DNA of 64,000 bases, from positions 7,608 through 71,607 of the forward strand of contig JBMYUJ010000006.1 of the NCBI GenBank assembly GCA_049605255.1, in the 5' to 3' direction. The notes beneath the pieces were generated by a model. It had not been told where the DNA came from and did no database searches. It saw only the letters and a program-made list of their open reading frames with translations. Every line of letters starts with the position of its first letter. The first letter of the stretch is position 1. Source of the stretch: Magnetospiraceae bacterium (GTDB taxonomy: Bacteria > Pseudomonadota > Alphaproteobacteria > Rhodospirillales > JBMYUJ01). The translations under genes were made by a program, and so were the position numbers. Shown here piece by piece: positions 16,646 through 25,785 of this stretch.

Positions 16646-18661
16646 ATGAACATCATGATTGCAAATGAAAAGAGCCAAAATAGACGGATGGGTTACTTGG
16701 CAACCCTGGCGTTCGCCCTCAGCTTGACCGCCGCCCCCGCGGCGCAGGCCGATGAGCGCAGCGACTGTCTCGGTGGGTCGGGAACCATCAAATCCTGTGC
16801 TGCGGCGACCAAAACTCATGGCAGCGATGCCGAGGTTTGGGCGAAGCTGGGTCGGCTTTATTTCAATGCAAAAAACTACAAACGCGCCGTGCAGGTTCTG
16901 CAAAAGGCGAAATCTTTGGCCCCCGGGGATGCAACCGTTGCCGATTTCTACAATCGGGCCAAAAGCTATCTGGATGAACAGGAATATATCGCCAACCGGG
17001 AAGCCAACAAACCCACGGCGAATGCCGGGTCGGCCCGCATGGATCGCATCAAATGCCTGCGATTGGAGAAAAAGGACGCCTGTCAGCGTTTCCTGAAATC
17101 CACCCCGGGGGATGCGGAGGTCCGCGCGAAACTGCAGGCGCTGGGCGGTGGTGCGCCCGTTGTGGTCGCGGCGAAGCCGGATCCTGCTCCGCAGGCCGCC
17201 CCGACGCCGAAACCGGTGGCAACACCCAAACCTGCCCCGGCGCCCGTGGTGCAGACCCCGAAACCAGCGCCGAAGCCGGATTTCACGGCGATAGCAAAGG
17301 TGAAGCCGGACGACCTGCGCCTGGCGACGCCGGAAGAAGCCGCCACCATGCTCGCCATGGCGGACCCGGAGGCGACCCCGGCGGAACCCGCGAAACCGGC
17401 TGAACCGCTGGTTGCCGAAGCACCGGCGCCCGCTCCGGTGCCGGAAAAACCCGCTGAACCGCAGGTTTCCGAAGCGCCAGAACCGGTGCTTGTACCTGAA
17501 AAACCGGTGGAAACCCAGTTGGCCGAGGCCCCCATTCCGGCAAAACCCGTTGCACCGGTCGTGGAAAAACCCGCCGACACGCCCGCCGCACCGAAAGCGC
17601 CGGAAGCGCAAGAGCCCATCAGGATCGCCGCCTTGCCGACCGAGGAAGCCGTGATTACCCGGTCCATCGATCCCAATGAAGTGGCGCCGAAACCGGCCCA
17701 GGCCAGCAAGCCCATTGTGGGTATCGAGGCGCAGCTTTCCCTGTTGAAGCGGCTTTATGATCAAGGGTTGGTCGACGAGGCGGAATATGAACGGCGTAAG
17801 ATTTTGCTGCTGAACACCGTTCTCGGCATGGATCTGGCCGTGGCCCCCGTGGTGGAAGCCCCGATTGCGCCCCCCGCAGATGTGGTCACCAACGAGCCGG
17901 ATTTAACCCAGGAGTTTGTGTCCCAGTTCGGTAATCGCCGTTACCACGCGCTGATTATCGGCAATAATGACTATATGCATCTGCGGGATCTGAAGACCGC
18001 CGTCACCGATGCCTTTGTCTTGGCCGAGGTGTTGGAAACCCGCTACGGCTTCGAAACCACGGTGCTGCGCAATGCCACCCGCCGGGATATTTTGAAAGCC
18101 ATGTCCGACCTGCGCCGCACGTTGACCGAAGATGATAGCCTGCTGGTTTATTATGCGGGCCATGGCATTTTGGATGAGGATGCGGAACGGGGCTATTGGT
18201 TGCCGGTGGACGCGGAAGAAGACGTGAAAGCCAATTGGATTTCCACCGCAGACGTGACCGATCTTTTGAAGGCTACGGATGCCTGGCATGCGTTGGTGGT
18301 GGCGGACTCCTGCTATTCCGGCACTCTGATCCGCGGTGGGTTGACCCCCATCCGGGGTTCGGGCAGCCGCCTCGCCTTGCTCAAACGGCTCGCACAAAAG
18401 CGGTCCCGCACGGTCATCACCTCCGGTGGCCTGGAGCCTGTCTCCGATGGTGGCGGCGGTGAACATTCCGTCTTCGCCCGCGCCCTGATCGATGCCTTGC
18501 AGGACAATAATGAGGTTATCGAGGCGCAGGGTCTGTTCGAGCTGATCCGCACCCGAGTCGTGGTCAATGCGGATCAAACCCCGGAATATTCCGATGTGCG
18601 CAAAGCGGGCCATGATGGCGGAGATTTCATCTTCGTGCCCCAAACCGGGACCGATCAGTAG
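16646..18661 (+). CDS. Exported caspase-family (peptidase C14) protein with TPR, Pro-rich spacer and SHOCT-like segment
   Basis: Signal-like N-terminus (KSQNRRMGYLATLAFALSLTAAPAAQA), a TPR-like region, and a ~160-aa P/A/K/E-rich repeat spacer. SHOCT-like LLKRLYDQGLVDEAEYERRKILLL. Caspase His (LVYYAGHG) and Cys (VVADSCYSG). Exact start uncertain (16646, 16655 or 16688). Confidence 0.8.
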   Translation: MNIMIANEKSQNRRMGYLATLAFALSLTAAPAAQADERSDCLGGSGTIKSCAAATKTHGSDAEVWAKLGRLYFNAKNYKRAVQVLQKAKSLAPGDATVADFYNRAKSYLDEQEYIANREANKPTANAGSARMDRIKCLRLEKKDACQRFLKSTPGDAEVRAKLQALGGGAPVVVAAKPDPAPQAAPTPKPVATPKPAPAPVVQTPKPAPKPDFTAIAKVKPDDLRLATPEEAATMLAMADPEATPAEPAKPAEPLVAEAPAPAPVPEKPAEPQVSEAPEPVLVPEKPVETQLAEAPIPAKPVAPVVEKPADTPAAPKAPEAQEPIRIAALPTEEAVITRSIDPNEVAPKPAQASKPIVGIEAQLSLLKRLYDQGLVDEAEYERRKILLLNTVLGMDLAVAPVVEAPIAPPADVVTNEPDLTQEFVSQFGNRRYHALIIGNNDYMHLRDLKTAVTDAFVLAEVLETRYGFETTVLRNATRRDILKAMSDLRRTLTEDDSLLVYYAGHGILDEDAERGYWLPVDAEEDVKANWISTADVTDLLKATDAWHALVVADSCYSGTLIRGGLTPIRGSGSRLALLKRLAQKRSRTVITSGGLEPVSDGGGGEHSVFARALIDALQDNNEVIEAQGLFELIRTRVVVNADQTPEYSDVRKAGHDGGDFIFVPQTGTDQ

Positions 18662-18694
18662 CGGCTATTTTCCCCTGATTTATGGGTATGTGAC

Positions 18695-20065
18695 CTAGGG
18701 TGGTGGATTTGGCGCGGCAAGGGTCAGGTCTGCCGGAAAAATCAGGGTCACCATTGTGCCGACCTGAACCGCGCTTTCCAACCGCAGCTCCCCCCCGAAC
18801 AGGTCCATGAAGCGGCTGCACAGATGCAGGCCGAGCCCGGTCCCCCCCTGGTTCTGTGATCGCAGGCTATCAGCCTGCTCAAAAGGTTTCAGCACGCGGG
18901 CGATCTCCGACTTCGGCATGCCGATCCCGGAATCCGCAACGGCGATGGAAATCCGGTTTTCATCGTCAATTGTGGCGGAGATGGTAATCGATCCGCCACG
19001 CGGGGTGAATTTCACCGCATTGGAAATCAAATTATTGAGGATTTGGATCAAGGCCCGTTCGTCGCCGTTCAGCAGGGGAAAATCCGGCGGCACGGTAATG
19101 GTCACATGTTGGGCCGCATCCATCACGCTCCGTTCATGTTGGCGCAGGCATTGGTTAACCACGGCCAGGATGTTCAAGGGGTCCAACCGCAGATCATATT
19201 TTCCCGCCTCCACCTTGGAGAGATCGAGAATATCGTTGATCAGGCTGACCAACAGCGCACCGCTATTGTGGATATCGTTGGCATATTGTTGATACAGCGG
19301 GTCGCCGAGCGGCCCGAACACGTTCTGCCGCAGCATATCCGCAAATCCCATGATGGCATTTAGCGGCGTGCGTAGATCGTGGCTCATGGCCGCGAGGAAT
19401 TCCGATTTTGCTTCATTGGCTTTTTCCGCCTGCATTCGGGCGCTGACGATTTCCGCCTCCATCTCCTTGCGGTCTTGGATATCGTGGATGATGAGCAAGA
19501 TCAGCGCGGTTTCCGGTTTGTCGGCGCCAACACTGCGGCCTTCCAGTTCCACCCAAACCGAAGGCTTGCCCTTGGGGCAGAGCCGTAGCTCCAGATGCTT
19601 GTTCTCCGGTTTGTGGAAAAAGGCGCGGTATCGGGCCCGAAATTCCGGCCGGTCTCGGGAATCGATGAACTGGGCCAGATGCACGCCGTTGATCGTGTCC
19701 GAGGACTGATTAATCAAGTTTTCGAAGGTGGCGTTGCATTCCACGATCATGCCATCGGCGTTGGCGCTCAAATATCCGACGGGGGATTTGTTGTAGAGGT
19801 TGAGGTACCTGTCTCTCGCCTCCGCCACCAATTTGCGGGAATGCATCATCTGCTCGTGGGCCCGGCGCAATTCCTCGTTCTGGAGTTCCAATTCAATCTG
19901 GTAGACGGAAAGATCGTGGATCAGTTCGCGCGCTTCATCAGAGGTCGCCCCCGCGATCGCGTCACGGTTGTCCATGAGGGCGGCCTCGGCCCGTGCGCGA
20001 AGATCGTCTTTCCAGACCTCTGAAGACGTTTTCGAAGGAGTCCGCGGTTTCGGGGTATCGTCCAT
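18695..20065 (-). CDS. PAS-domain sensor histidine kinase (no receiver domain)
   Basis: Coiled-coil leader (IELELQNEELRRAHEQ), a PAS region, HisKA H-box SEFLAAMSHDLRTPLNAI, and HATPase N/G boxes (LNNLISNAVKFT, DSGIGM, GGTGLGLHL). ATG lies 6 nt after the upstream TAG, in the same frame. Confidence 0.85.
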   Translation of the reverse strand: MDDTPKPRTPSKTSSEVWKDDLRARAEAALMDNRDAIAGATSDEARELIHDLSVYQIELELQNEELRRAHEQMMHSRKLVAEARDRYLNLYNKSPVGYLSANADGMIVECNATFENLINQSSDTINGVHLAQFIDSRDRPEFRARYRAFFHKPENKHLELRLCPKGKPSVWVELEGRSVGADKPETALILLIIHDIQDRKEMEAEIVSARMQAEKANEAKSEFLAAMSHDLRTPLNAIMGFADMLRQNVFGPLGDPLYQQYANDIHNSGALLVSLINDILDLSKVEAGKYDLRLDPLNILAVVNQCLRQHERSVMDAAQHVTITVPPDFPLLNGDERALIQILNNLISNAVKFTPRGGSITISATIDDENRISIAVADSGIGMPKSEIARVLKPFEQADSLRSQNQGGTGLGLHLCSRFMDLFGGELRLESAVQVGTMVTLIFPADLTLAAPNPPP

Positions 20066-20071
20066 GCCGTT

Positions 20072-23000
20072 CTACACGCTTTTATCCGTGTCTGTGATGC
20101 TTTGTTCGACTGTGCTGGTAAGGGGGCAGATATGATTTTCAAGCGGGCATAACATGTTTATTTCAAACAAACGATCCGCTTCAAGTGCCGAGAAAACATA
20201 GATTTCTTCATTGTCCTTCGTGTCCAGTGCCTGCAGCGACATGACGATCTTAACCGGAGTGCCATCTTTGCGCCGCCAGGTGGCGGACACCATGGCATCC
20301 GCATTCCCCGGCTGACAGAGGATTTCTTCCAGGCGGGAACGGTCGAAAGTCACCTCACTGTCGAACAAACTGTTCAACGGCATTCCCGATAATTCCGACA
20401 CCGCATACTGGGTAATATGGGACACCCGTTCATTGGCCCAATCCAGCCGGTCGCCCCGGATCAGTCCGAATCCGGCGGGCGCGGAGGAGACGATTGCACT
20501 CACCAAATCTTCGTTATATTTCAACAAGGTTTCGGTAGACCGCCTATCGGTGACATCCTCAACCATGCCGATAATCATTTCCGGCACGTTGCCCTCGCCC
20601 CGGGTCGCGGTCAAGGTAACCCGGGTTTCACGCACCGCACCGCCCTTGTGGACCATCCGCATTTCCACCTGCACCACCTGGTCCTGACCAGAAATCAGAC
20701 GGCTAAAACGGCTTTCGGCGACCCGTGCCGATTCGGCTTCCGCCAGATCCGGGAAATGAAGGCCGGTCAACTCTCCTTCCGAATAGCCAAGGATGTTCGA
20801 CAGTGTTGGGTTGGCGGCGATGATCACGCCATCCGGGGTAAAATGGACCATGCCCAAAGGCGCGCGGGCAAAGGAGGCCTTATATTGGCCTTCGCTCCGG
20901 CGCAAGCGGTCTTCCGCTTCCCGCCGGTCGGTGATGTCTCGCACCAGACCGGCCATCTTTTCGATCCCCTTCTCATCTTGCGTGAGCTGGCCTGTCTCCG
21001 AAACCCAAATGGTCCTTACCCCGTCCGGCCAGGGCACCCGATATTCCACGACATAAGAGGTCTTGTCGGCGATCGACCGATGAACGGTATCGCGAACCCT
21101 CTCTCGATCTTCTGGATGGATGCATCCCAGGACGAAATCATAGGTGCCGTCGAATTTGCCGGGCATCAGGCCAAACATCGGTTCGATATTGTCCGACCAG
21201 ATCAATTGGTTGGAATTCAGCGTCCATTCCCAGGTGCCGACCCGGGCCGTTTCCTGGGCAAAGTCATAGCGCTTTTTGGCGCGGGCCAGATCATCTTGCA
21301 GGGTTTTCAGGGTTGTGATGTCGTTTAACACGATGGCCACACCCGCCTGGGTTCGGGCCGAGACCAGGTAGGGGCGAATACGCAGCTGGTACCACCGCCC
21401 CGCCTGTGTCTGCACATGGCGTTCCAACAATTCTCCGGTGGTATTGACCAGGGCCACCAAATCGGACAGTTCGCAATCGGTCAGGGAGTGGGAGATATGC
21501 GACAAGGGCCGCCCCAGGTCTTGGTCGAGAATATTGAAAACCTTGTTGGTATTGGCCGTGAACCGGCGCAAATCCAGGTTTTCATCCAGGAAGATCGAGA
21601 TCACATCCGTGGCGTTGACGTAATTATCCAGGTCGTTATTCAGCTCGGTCAGCTCGGTAATTTTGTTCTGATGTTCCGCGTTGACCGTGAACAGTTCCTC
21701 GTTCACCGAATGCAGTTCTTCGTTGGTGCTTTGCAGTTCCTCGTTGGAGGCCAACAACTCTTCATTGGTGGCCTGCAATTCCTCATTCGCGGTTTCCAGT
21801 TCTTCGATGGAGGCTTGCAGATTTTCCCGGGTAAACTGCAGTTCCTGCTCCAGGTCACGGATACGCTGTTCTGCCTCCCGGCTGAGGTCGTAATTTTCCA
21901 GCTGTTCCGCATCCCCCAGCCGGATGGGGCTGAGGTTGAACCCCGATTCGCTAATAAAAACGGCGGCGAGGCGCGATTTCCCCCGCTGTTCCGGCAAAGG
22001 CTTGATGCGGATGTCCACCATCTTACGCACATCGCCATCGCCGACCCGTACATTGGTGAAGGATATCTCGGCATTGGCGGAAAAGACCTTGGAGAGCCCG
22101 GTGGAGATGGGAATGGCAAGATCCTTGGACACCAGCTTGCGCACGTCACTCACCACCTTGCCGGACGGTGGCATCAAATAGTTCCGTCCATCCCCAATCA
22201 CATAGAGCAGGTTTTGTTCTTCATTGATGATCATGGCGAAGGGTACCGGGCCATCGGCCAGCGCCTCGACAAACCGCCCGAGGATACGTTCCTCCTCGTA
22301 AATTTGCTGGATCGGGTGGGAATCCCGATACAGGGTCGGGCGCGTGTTCTTATAAAGATTCGCGCGGGTGAATCGCTCCGTATGCAGCAGCGGCTTGCGG
22401 GTCCCGTAGGCCCGAAAAATTTTCCAGCGGGTACTGAGCGCTTCAAACAAATGCTCCGATTCCCCCAGGGACTCGCTGGTGCCCAACACCAGGATTCCCC
22501 CCGCGTGTAGCGAAAAGTTCAGGGATTCCAACACCCGGTTCTGTAAGACTGATTGCAAATAGATCATCAGGTTGCGGCAGCTCACCAATTCGATATTGGT
22601 GAACGGTGGGTCGCCAACGATGTTATGCCGTGCGAAGACCACCATTTCCCGCAAGGACCGGCTGACCTGGAATCGATCACCACGGCGGATGAAGTATTTC
22701 GCCAACAGATCGTTGGGGATATCCGCAGTGATGCTGGCCGGATATTCCCCCACGCTGGCGGTGGCGATGGCATCCGCATCCACATCGGTGGCGAATATTT
22801 TCACGTCTTTGCGGAGTTCCAATTTTTCCAGAATCTCGCTGCAAAGAATAGCGTAGCTATAGGCTTCTTCGCCGGTGGAGCAGCCGGTAATCCACACCCG
22901 AAACTCGTCCCCCGAATGGGCAGTTAACCGCTCGGGCAGCCATTTGCTGCGCAACAGGTCGAACATCTCGGGGTCGCGAAAAAAGCTGGTGACGCCGATC

Positions 23001-23890
23001 AGCAGCTCCCGGTAGAGAACATTCTGTTCATTGGGGTGGGCTTCCAGGTAGGCGATATATTCCTGCAGGCTATTCACTTGGTTTACCGTCATCCGCCGTT
23101 CGATTCGGCGGACAATGGTGGATGGCTTGTAAAAGGTGAAATCGATCTTCGATTTTTCCCGCAACAGGGAAAAGATCCGAGACAGGCCGGAATTATCCTG
23201 AATCAGCGATTCATCGCGCGATCCACGCGCGGCAAACGGATGCCGGGAAAAGGCCAGCAATTGCAGGGGCATTTCCTCTGGTGACAGGATGAAATCCGCC
23301 AATCCGTTTTGGATGACACTTTGCGGCATGGGATCGAATTTGGCGGTGGAAACCTCCTGCACCATCACCATGCCGCCCACCTCTTTGATCGCCCGACAAC
23401 CCCGGGTACCATCGCTACCGGCGCCGGAGAGAATGACGCCGATGCTCTTGCCGCCACTATCCTCGGCCAGGGAGGTGAGGAAAATATCGATGGGCAGGTT
23501 GATTCCCACCCCATCCCGCGCTTGTTGGCTGAGGAGCAAAGCCCCATGGAAGATCTTCAGGTTTTTACCCGGTGGGATCAGGTAGATATTGTCTGCCTCG
23601 ACCACCATCCCTTCTTCCGCCCGATGAATCGGAAGCGAGGTTACCTTGGCGAGTAATTCCACCATTAGGCTCTTGTAATCCGGCGATAGATGCTGAATCA
23701 CGATATAGGCGAGATTGGAATTCGCCTGCACATTCTTGAAAAAGCTTTGAATCGCTTCCAAACCGCCAGCGGAAGCTCCAATGCCCACATAATGGTTGGG
23801 TTTCTTCATGCCGAGCCGGGCATCCGGCGCGGCGATCACCTGCGGAGGCTGTGCGGGAACGTCACCCGAACCGGGGGGTTGAGAGGTCAT
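20072..23890 (-). CDS. CheB-methylesterase / CheR-methyltransferase fusion protein with coiled coil and multiple PAS domains
   Basis: CheB-like [11 protein letters not shown]...[12 protein letters not shown] and CheR-like FFRD...[16 protein letters not shown]. Heptad-rich stretch ([29 protein letters not shown]), then 3-4 PAS-like units. ATG at 23890 has AGGAGA 6 nt upstream. The track start is 23953. Confidence 0.85.
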   Translation of the reverse strand: MTSQPPGSGDVPAQPPQVIAAPDARLGMKKPNHYVGIGASAGGLEAIQSFFKNVQANSNLAYIVIQHLSPDYKSLMVELLAKVTSLPIHRAEEGMVVEADNIYLIPPGKNLKIFHGALLLSQQARDGVGINLPIDIFLTSLAEDSGGKSIGVILSGAGSDGTRGCRAIKEVGGMVMVQEVSTAKFDPMPQSVIQNGLADFILSPEEMPLQLLAFSRHPFAARGSRDESLIQDNSGLSRIFSLLREKSKIDFTFYKPSTIVRRIERRMTVNQVNSLQEYIAYLEAHPNEQNVLYRELLIGVTSFFRDPEMFDLLRSKWLPERLTAHSGDEFRVWITGCSTGEEAYSYAILCSEILEKLELRKDVKIFATDVDADAIATASVGEYPASITADIPNDLLAKYFIRRGDRFQVSRSLREMVVFARHNIVGDPPFTNIELVSCRNLMIYLQSVLQNRVLESLNFSLHAGGILVLGTSESLGESEHLFEALSTRWKIFRAYGTRKPLLHTERFTRANLYKNTRPTLYRDSHPIQQIYEEERILGRFVEALADGPVPFAMIINEEQNLLYVIGDGRNYLMPPSGKVVSDVRKLVSKDLAIPISTGLSKVFSANAEISFTNVRVGDGDVRKMVDIRIKPLPEQRGKSRLAAVFISESGFNLSPIRLGDAEQLENYDLSREAEQRIRDLEQELQFTRENLQASIEELETANEELQATNEELLASNEELQSTNEELHSVNEELFTVNAEHQNKITELTELNNDLDNYVNATDVISIFLDENLDLRRFTANTNKVFNILDQDLGRPLSHISHSLTDCELSDLVALVNTTGELLERHVQTQAGRWYQLRIRPYLVSARTQAGVAIVLNDITTLKTLQDDLARAKKRYDFAQETARVGTWEWTLNSNQLIWSDNIEPMFGLMPGKFDGTYDFVLGCIHPEDRERVRDTVHRSIADKTSYVVEYRVPWPDGVRTIWVSETGQLTQDEKGIEKMAGLVRDITDRREAEDRLRRSEGQYKASFARAPLGMVHFTPDGVIIAANPTLSNILGYSEGELTGLHFPDLAEAESARVAESRFSRLISGQDQVVQVEMRMVHKGGAVRETRVTLTATRGEGNVPEMIIGMVEDVTDRRSTETLLKYNEDLVSAIVSSAPAGFGLIRGDRLDWANERVSHITQYAVSELSGMPLNSLFDSEVTFDRSRLEEILCQPGNADAMVSATWRRKDGTPVKIVMSLQALDTKDNEEIYVFSALEADRLFEINMLCPLENHICPLTSTVEQSITDTDKSV

Positions 23891-24034
23891 GGGATCGTCT
23901 CCTGGTAAAGGCGGCTCGAACGGCACCAAAGGGGCGGTCGATGTCGGGCCCATTATAGGCGGCCGACCTTGCGGCGGCTACATTCATGCAAATGTCGAGA
24001 ACGGGGCAATAGATCATTGAAACGTCACCAAATT

Positions 24035-24053
24035 TTTATTGCGACGCAATAAA
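24035..24053. promoter_or_regulatory. Perfect palindrome TTTATTGCG-A-CGCAATAAA in an AT-rich divergent intergenic region (candidate operator)
   Basis: 9-bp arms around a single central base. Nearby are TGCGTAA at 24065-24071 and 24099-24105, and AACGG-tat-CCGTT at 24087-24099. The 23891-24212 region is far more AT-rich than the flanking sequence. Confidence 0.35.
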
Positions 24054-24212
24054 TTTTTTGCAACTGCGTAATTTTTCCCTTTAAACAACGGTATCCGTTG
24101 CGTAAAATAGCATGAAGCCAAATTACATATACGCATAGGCTAACTGGCCTGGCGCCGGGCGGACTCGGCGCTGATTGGGCTATTTATTTGATTGGTAAGA
24201 GGTTTTAGAGAC

Positions 24213-25325
24213 ATGGAACATAGCATTCAATCCGTTGCCATGCTGGGCGCCGGAACAATGGGCACGGGCATCGCTATTTCCGCAATTGCTCACGGTTTTC
24301 CCGTTTGTTTGATTGATTTGTCGCCGGAGGCCCTGGAACGGGCCCGTGGCAAGGCACAAAAATATTTCGATCGCCAGGTGGAAAAAGGCCGTTTGTCGGC
24401 TGCCGCCGCCGCTGCGGCCATGGACCATCTTACCGTTGCGACGGATCTATCTGCCGTCTCTAGCGCTGATCTGATTGTCGAGGCGGTCTTCGAAAATCGC
24501 GACCTGAAGCTGGATATCTTCAGCAAGATCCAGGCGCATCTGAAACCGGGCGCCATTGTTGCCACCAACACCAGCGCCCTGCGGGTTGCCGATTTGGCGG
24601 CGGCTTTTCCCGATCCGACCCGGTTCGCGGGGATGCACTATTTCAGCCCGGCCGAAATCAACCCGGTGGTCGAAGTGGTGCGCGGTGAAAACACGGCGGA
24701 TAGCGTGGTTTTGGAAATCGATGCCTTCTGCCGGGGGACAGGCAAAACGCCGTTGAACTGCCGGGATCAAAGCGGATTCGCCATTAATCGGTTCTTCTGC
24801 CCCTACACCAACGAGGCGGCGCGCTTGTTTGACGAAGGCATCGGCACCCCGGCGCAGATCGACCGGGTGGCACAGGAAACCCTGGATGTGGCCGTGGGGC
24901 CGTTCTTCGTGATGAACCTGGTCAAACCCCGGATCAACCTGCATGCCATCCAGCATCTGGAACATCTGGGCGCCTTTTATGCGCCGGCGGAGTCCATGAC
25001 ACGGGTGGGGGATGCGGATGGCTCTTGGGATCTGGGGGAAGACAAGGTCGACCCCGCGACCGACGCTCTCATCGCCGACCGGCTGCGGGCCGGGCTGTTC
25101 CTTCCCATCTTGGAGGAATTGGATGAAGCCGTCGCCACGCCGGAAGACATCGATATGGGGGCCGGGCTGGCGTTGCGCATTGGCAAGGCGCCTTGTGCAC
25201 TGATGGATTCGTTGGGCGCCGCGGCGGTGGAAAAACTCATCGCACCGCTTTGCGAACGCTATGGGGCGCCACTGCCGCAAAGCCTCTCCCGTGTGGGGGG
25301 GTTGGTCGCCATCAAGGCGGCCTGA
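24213..25325 (+). CDS. 3-hydroxyacyl-CoA dehydrogenase family protein
   Basis: N-terminal Rossmann motif VAMLGAGTMGTGIA, NTSAL and HYFSPA motifs, and the C-terminal helical dimerisation domain. ATG at 24213 preferred to 24192. Confidence 0.8.
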   Translation: MEHSIQSVAMLGAGTMGTGIAISAIAHGFPVCLIDLSPEALERARGKAQKYFDRQVEKGRLSAAAAAAAMDHLTVATDLSAVSSADLIVEAVFENRDLKLDIFSKIQAHLKPGAIVATNTSALRVADLAAAFPDPTRFAGMHYFSPAEINPVVEVVRGENTADSVVLEIDAFCRGTGKTPLNCRDQSGFAINRFFCPYTNEAARLFDEGIGTPAQIDRVAQETLDVAVGPFFVMNLVKPRINLHAIQHLEHLGAFYAPAESMTRVGDADGSWDLGEDKVDPATDALIADRLRAGLFLPILEELDEAVATPEDIDMGAGLALRIGKAPCALMDSLGAAAVEKLIAPLCERYGAPLPQSLSRVGGLVAIKAA

Positions 25326-25375
25326 TACGCCCAGGGGGAGCGAAAAATATTACCGAGTAAGGGGGGGATTGTCCC

Positions 25376-25762
25376 ATGCAACCAATGGAGTCGGGGCTGA
25401 TAGAGCGAAAAGCAGCACAGATCCAAAGCGACGCGGCGGCGATCCGCCCCCATCGGACCCTTCGGGATTACTTTTCCGCCTTACGCGATCAGTTGGATCT
25501 CTCTGACCGTGAACGGGTTCTGGCCAGGGTAGATCTCCTGATCTCCCGCCATCGTACGTTATTTCCGGATATTCTCGGCATTGCCGCCTGCAAAATCCAT
25601 GTGGCGAGCCAAACCCTGCATCTGGCCCTGCGGGATCATAGCCAGGGCGCTCAGCTGACCGAAATCGCCCGGGATATCGGCACGCCACGCTGCCCGATGG
25701 CGGCCCGGGGGTGTCCGCTAATTGATGCCACCTGCCCCTGCCGGGGTCAAAAACAGAAATAA
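25376..25762 (+). CDS. Hypothetical protein with HTH-like segment and C-terminal Cys cluster
   Basis: SD AAGGGGG before the ATG. 128 aa. The segment AQLTEIARDIGTPR resembles a helix-turn-helix. C-terminal CPMAARGCPLIDATCPC provides four Cys. No family recognised. Confidence 0.45.
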   Translation: MQPMESGLIERKAAQIQSDAAAIRPHRTLRDYFSALRDQLDLSDRERVLARVDLLISRHRTLFPDILGIAACKIHVASQTLHLALRDHSQGAQLTEIARDIGTPRCPMAARGCPLIDATCPCRGQKQK

Positions 25763-25785
25763 ATTTATGTAATTAAAGGTCGTTA

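Noticed and set aside
17150-17640. Tandemly repetitive DNA that at first glance could be a repeat array
   Set aside because: The repeats are imperfect, in frame, and translate to the Pro/Ala/Lys/Glu spacer of the caspase-family protein. There is no repeat-spacer periodicity, so this is not a CRISPR array.
16091-17764. 557-aa ORF on the - strand, the longest unassigned ORF in the track
   Set aside because: It lies entirely antisense to the lipoprotein and caspase genes. Its product is Arg/Gly/Phe-rich low complexity that mirrors the Pro/Ala/Lys codons of the real gene. This is a typical high-GC shadow ORF.
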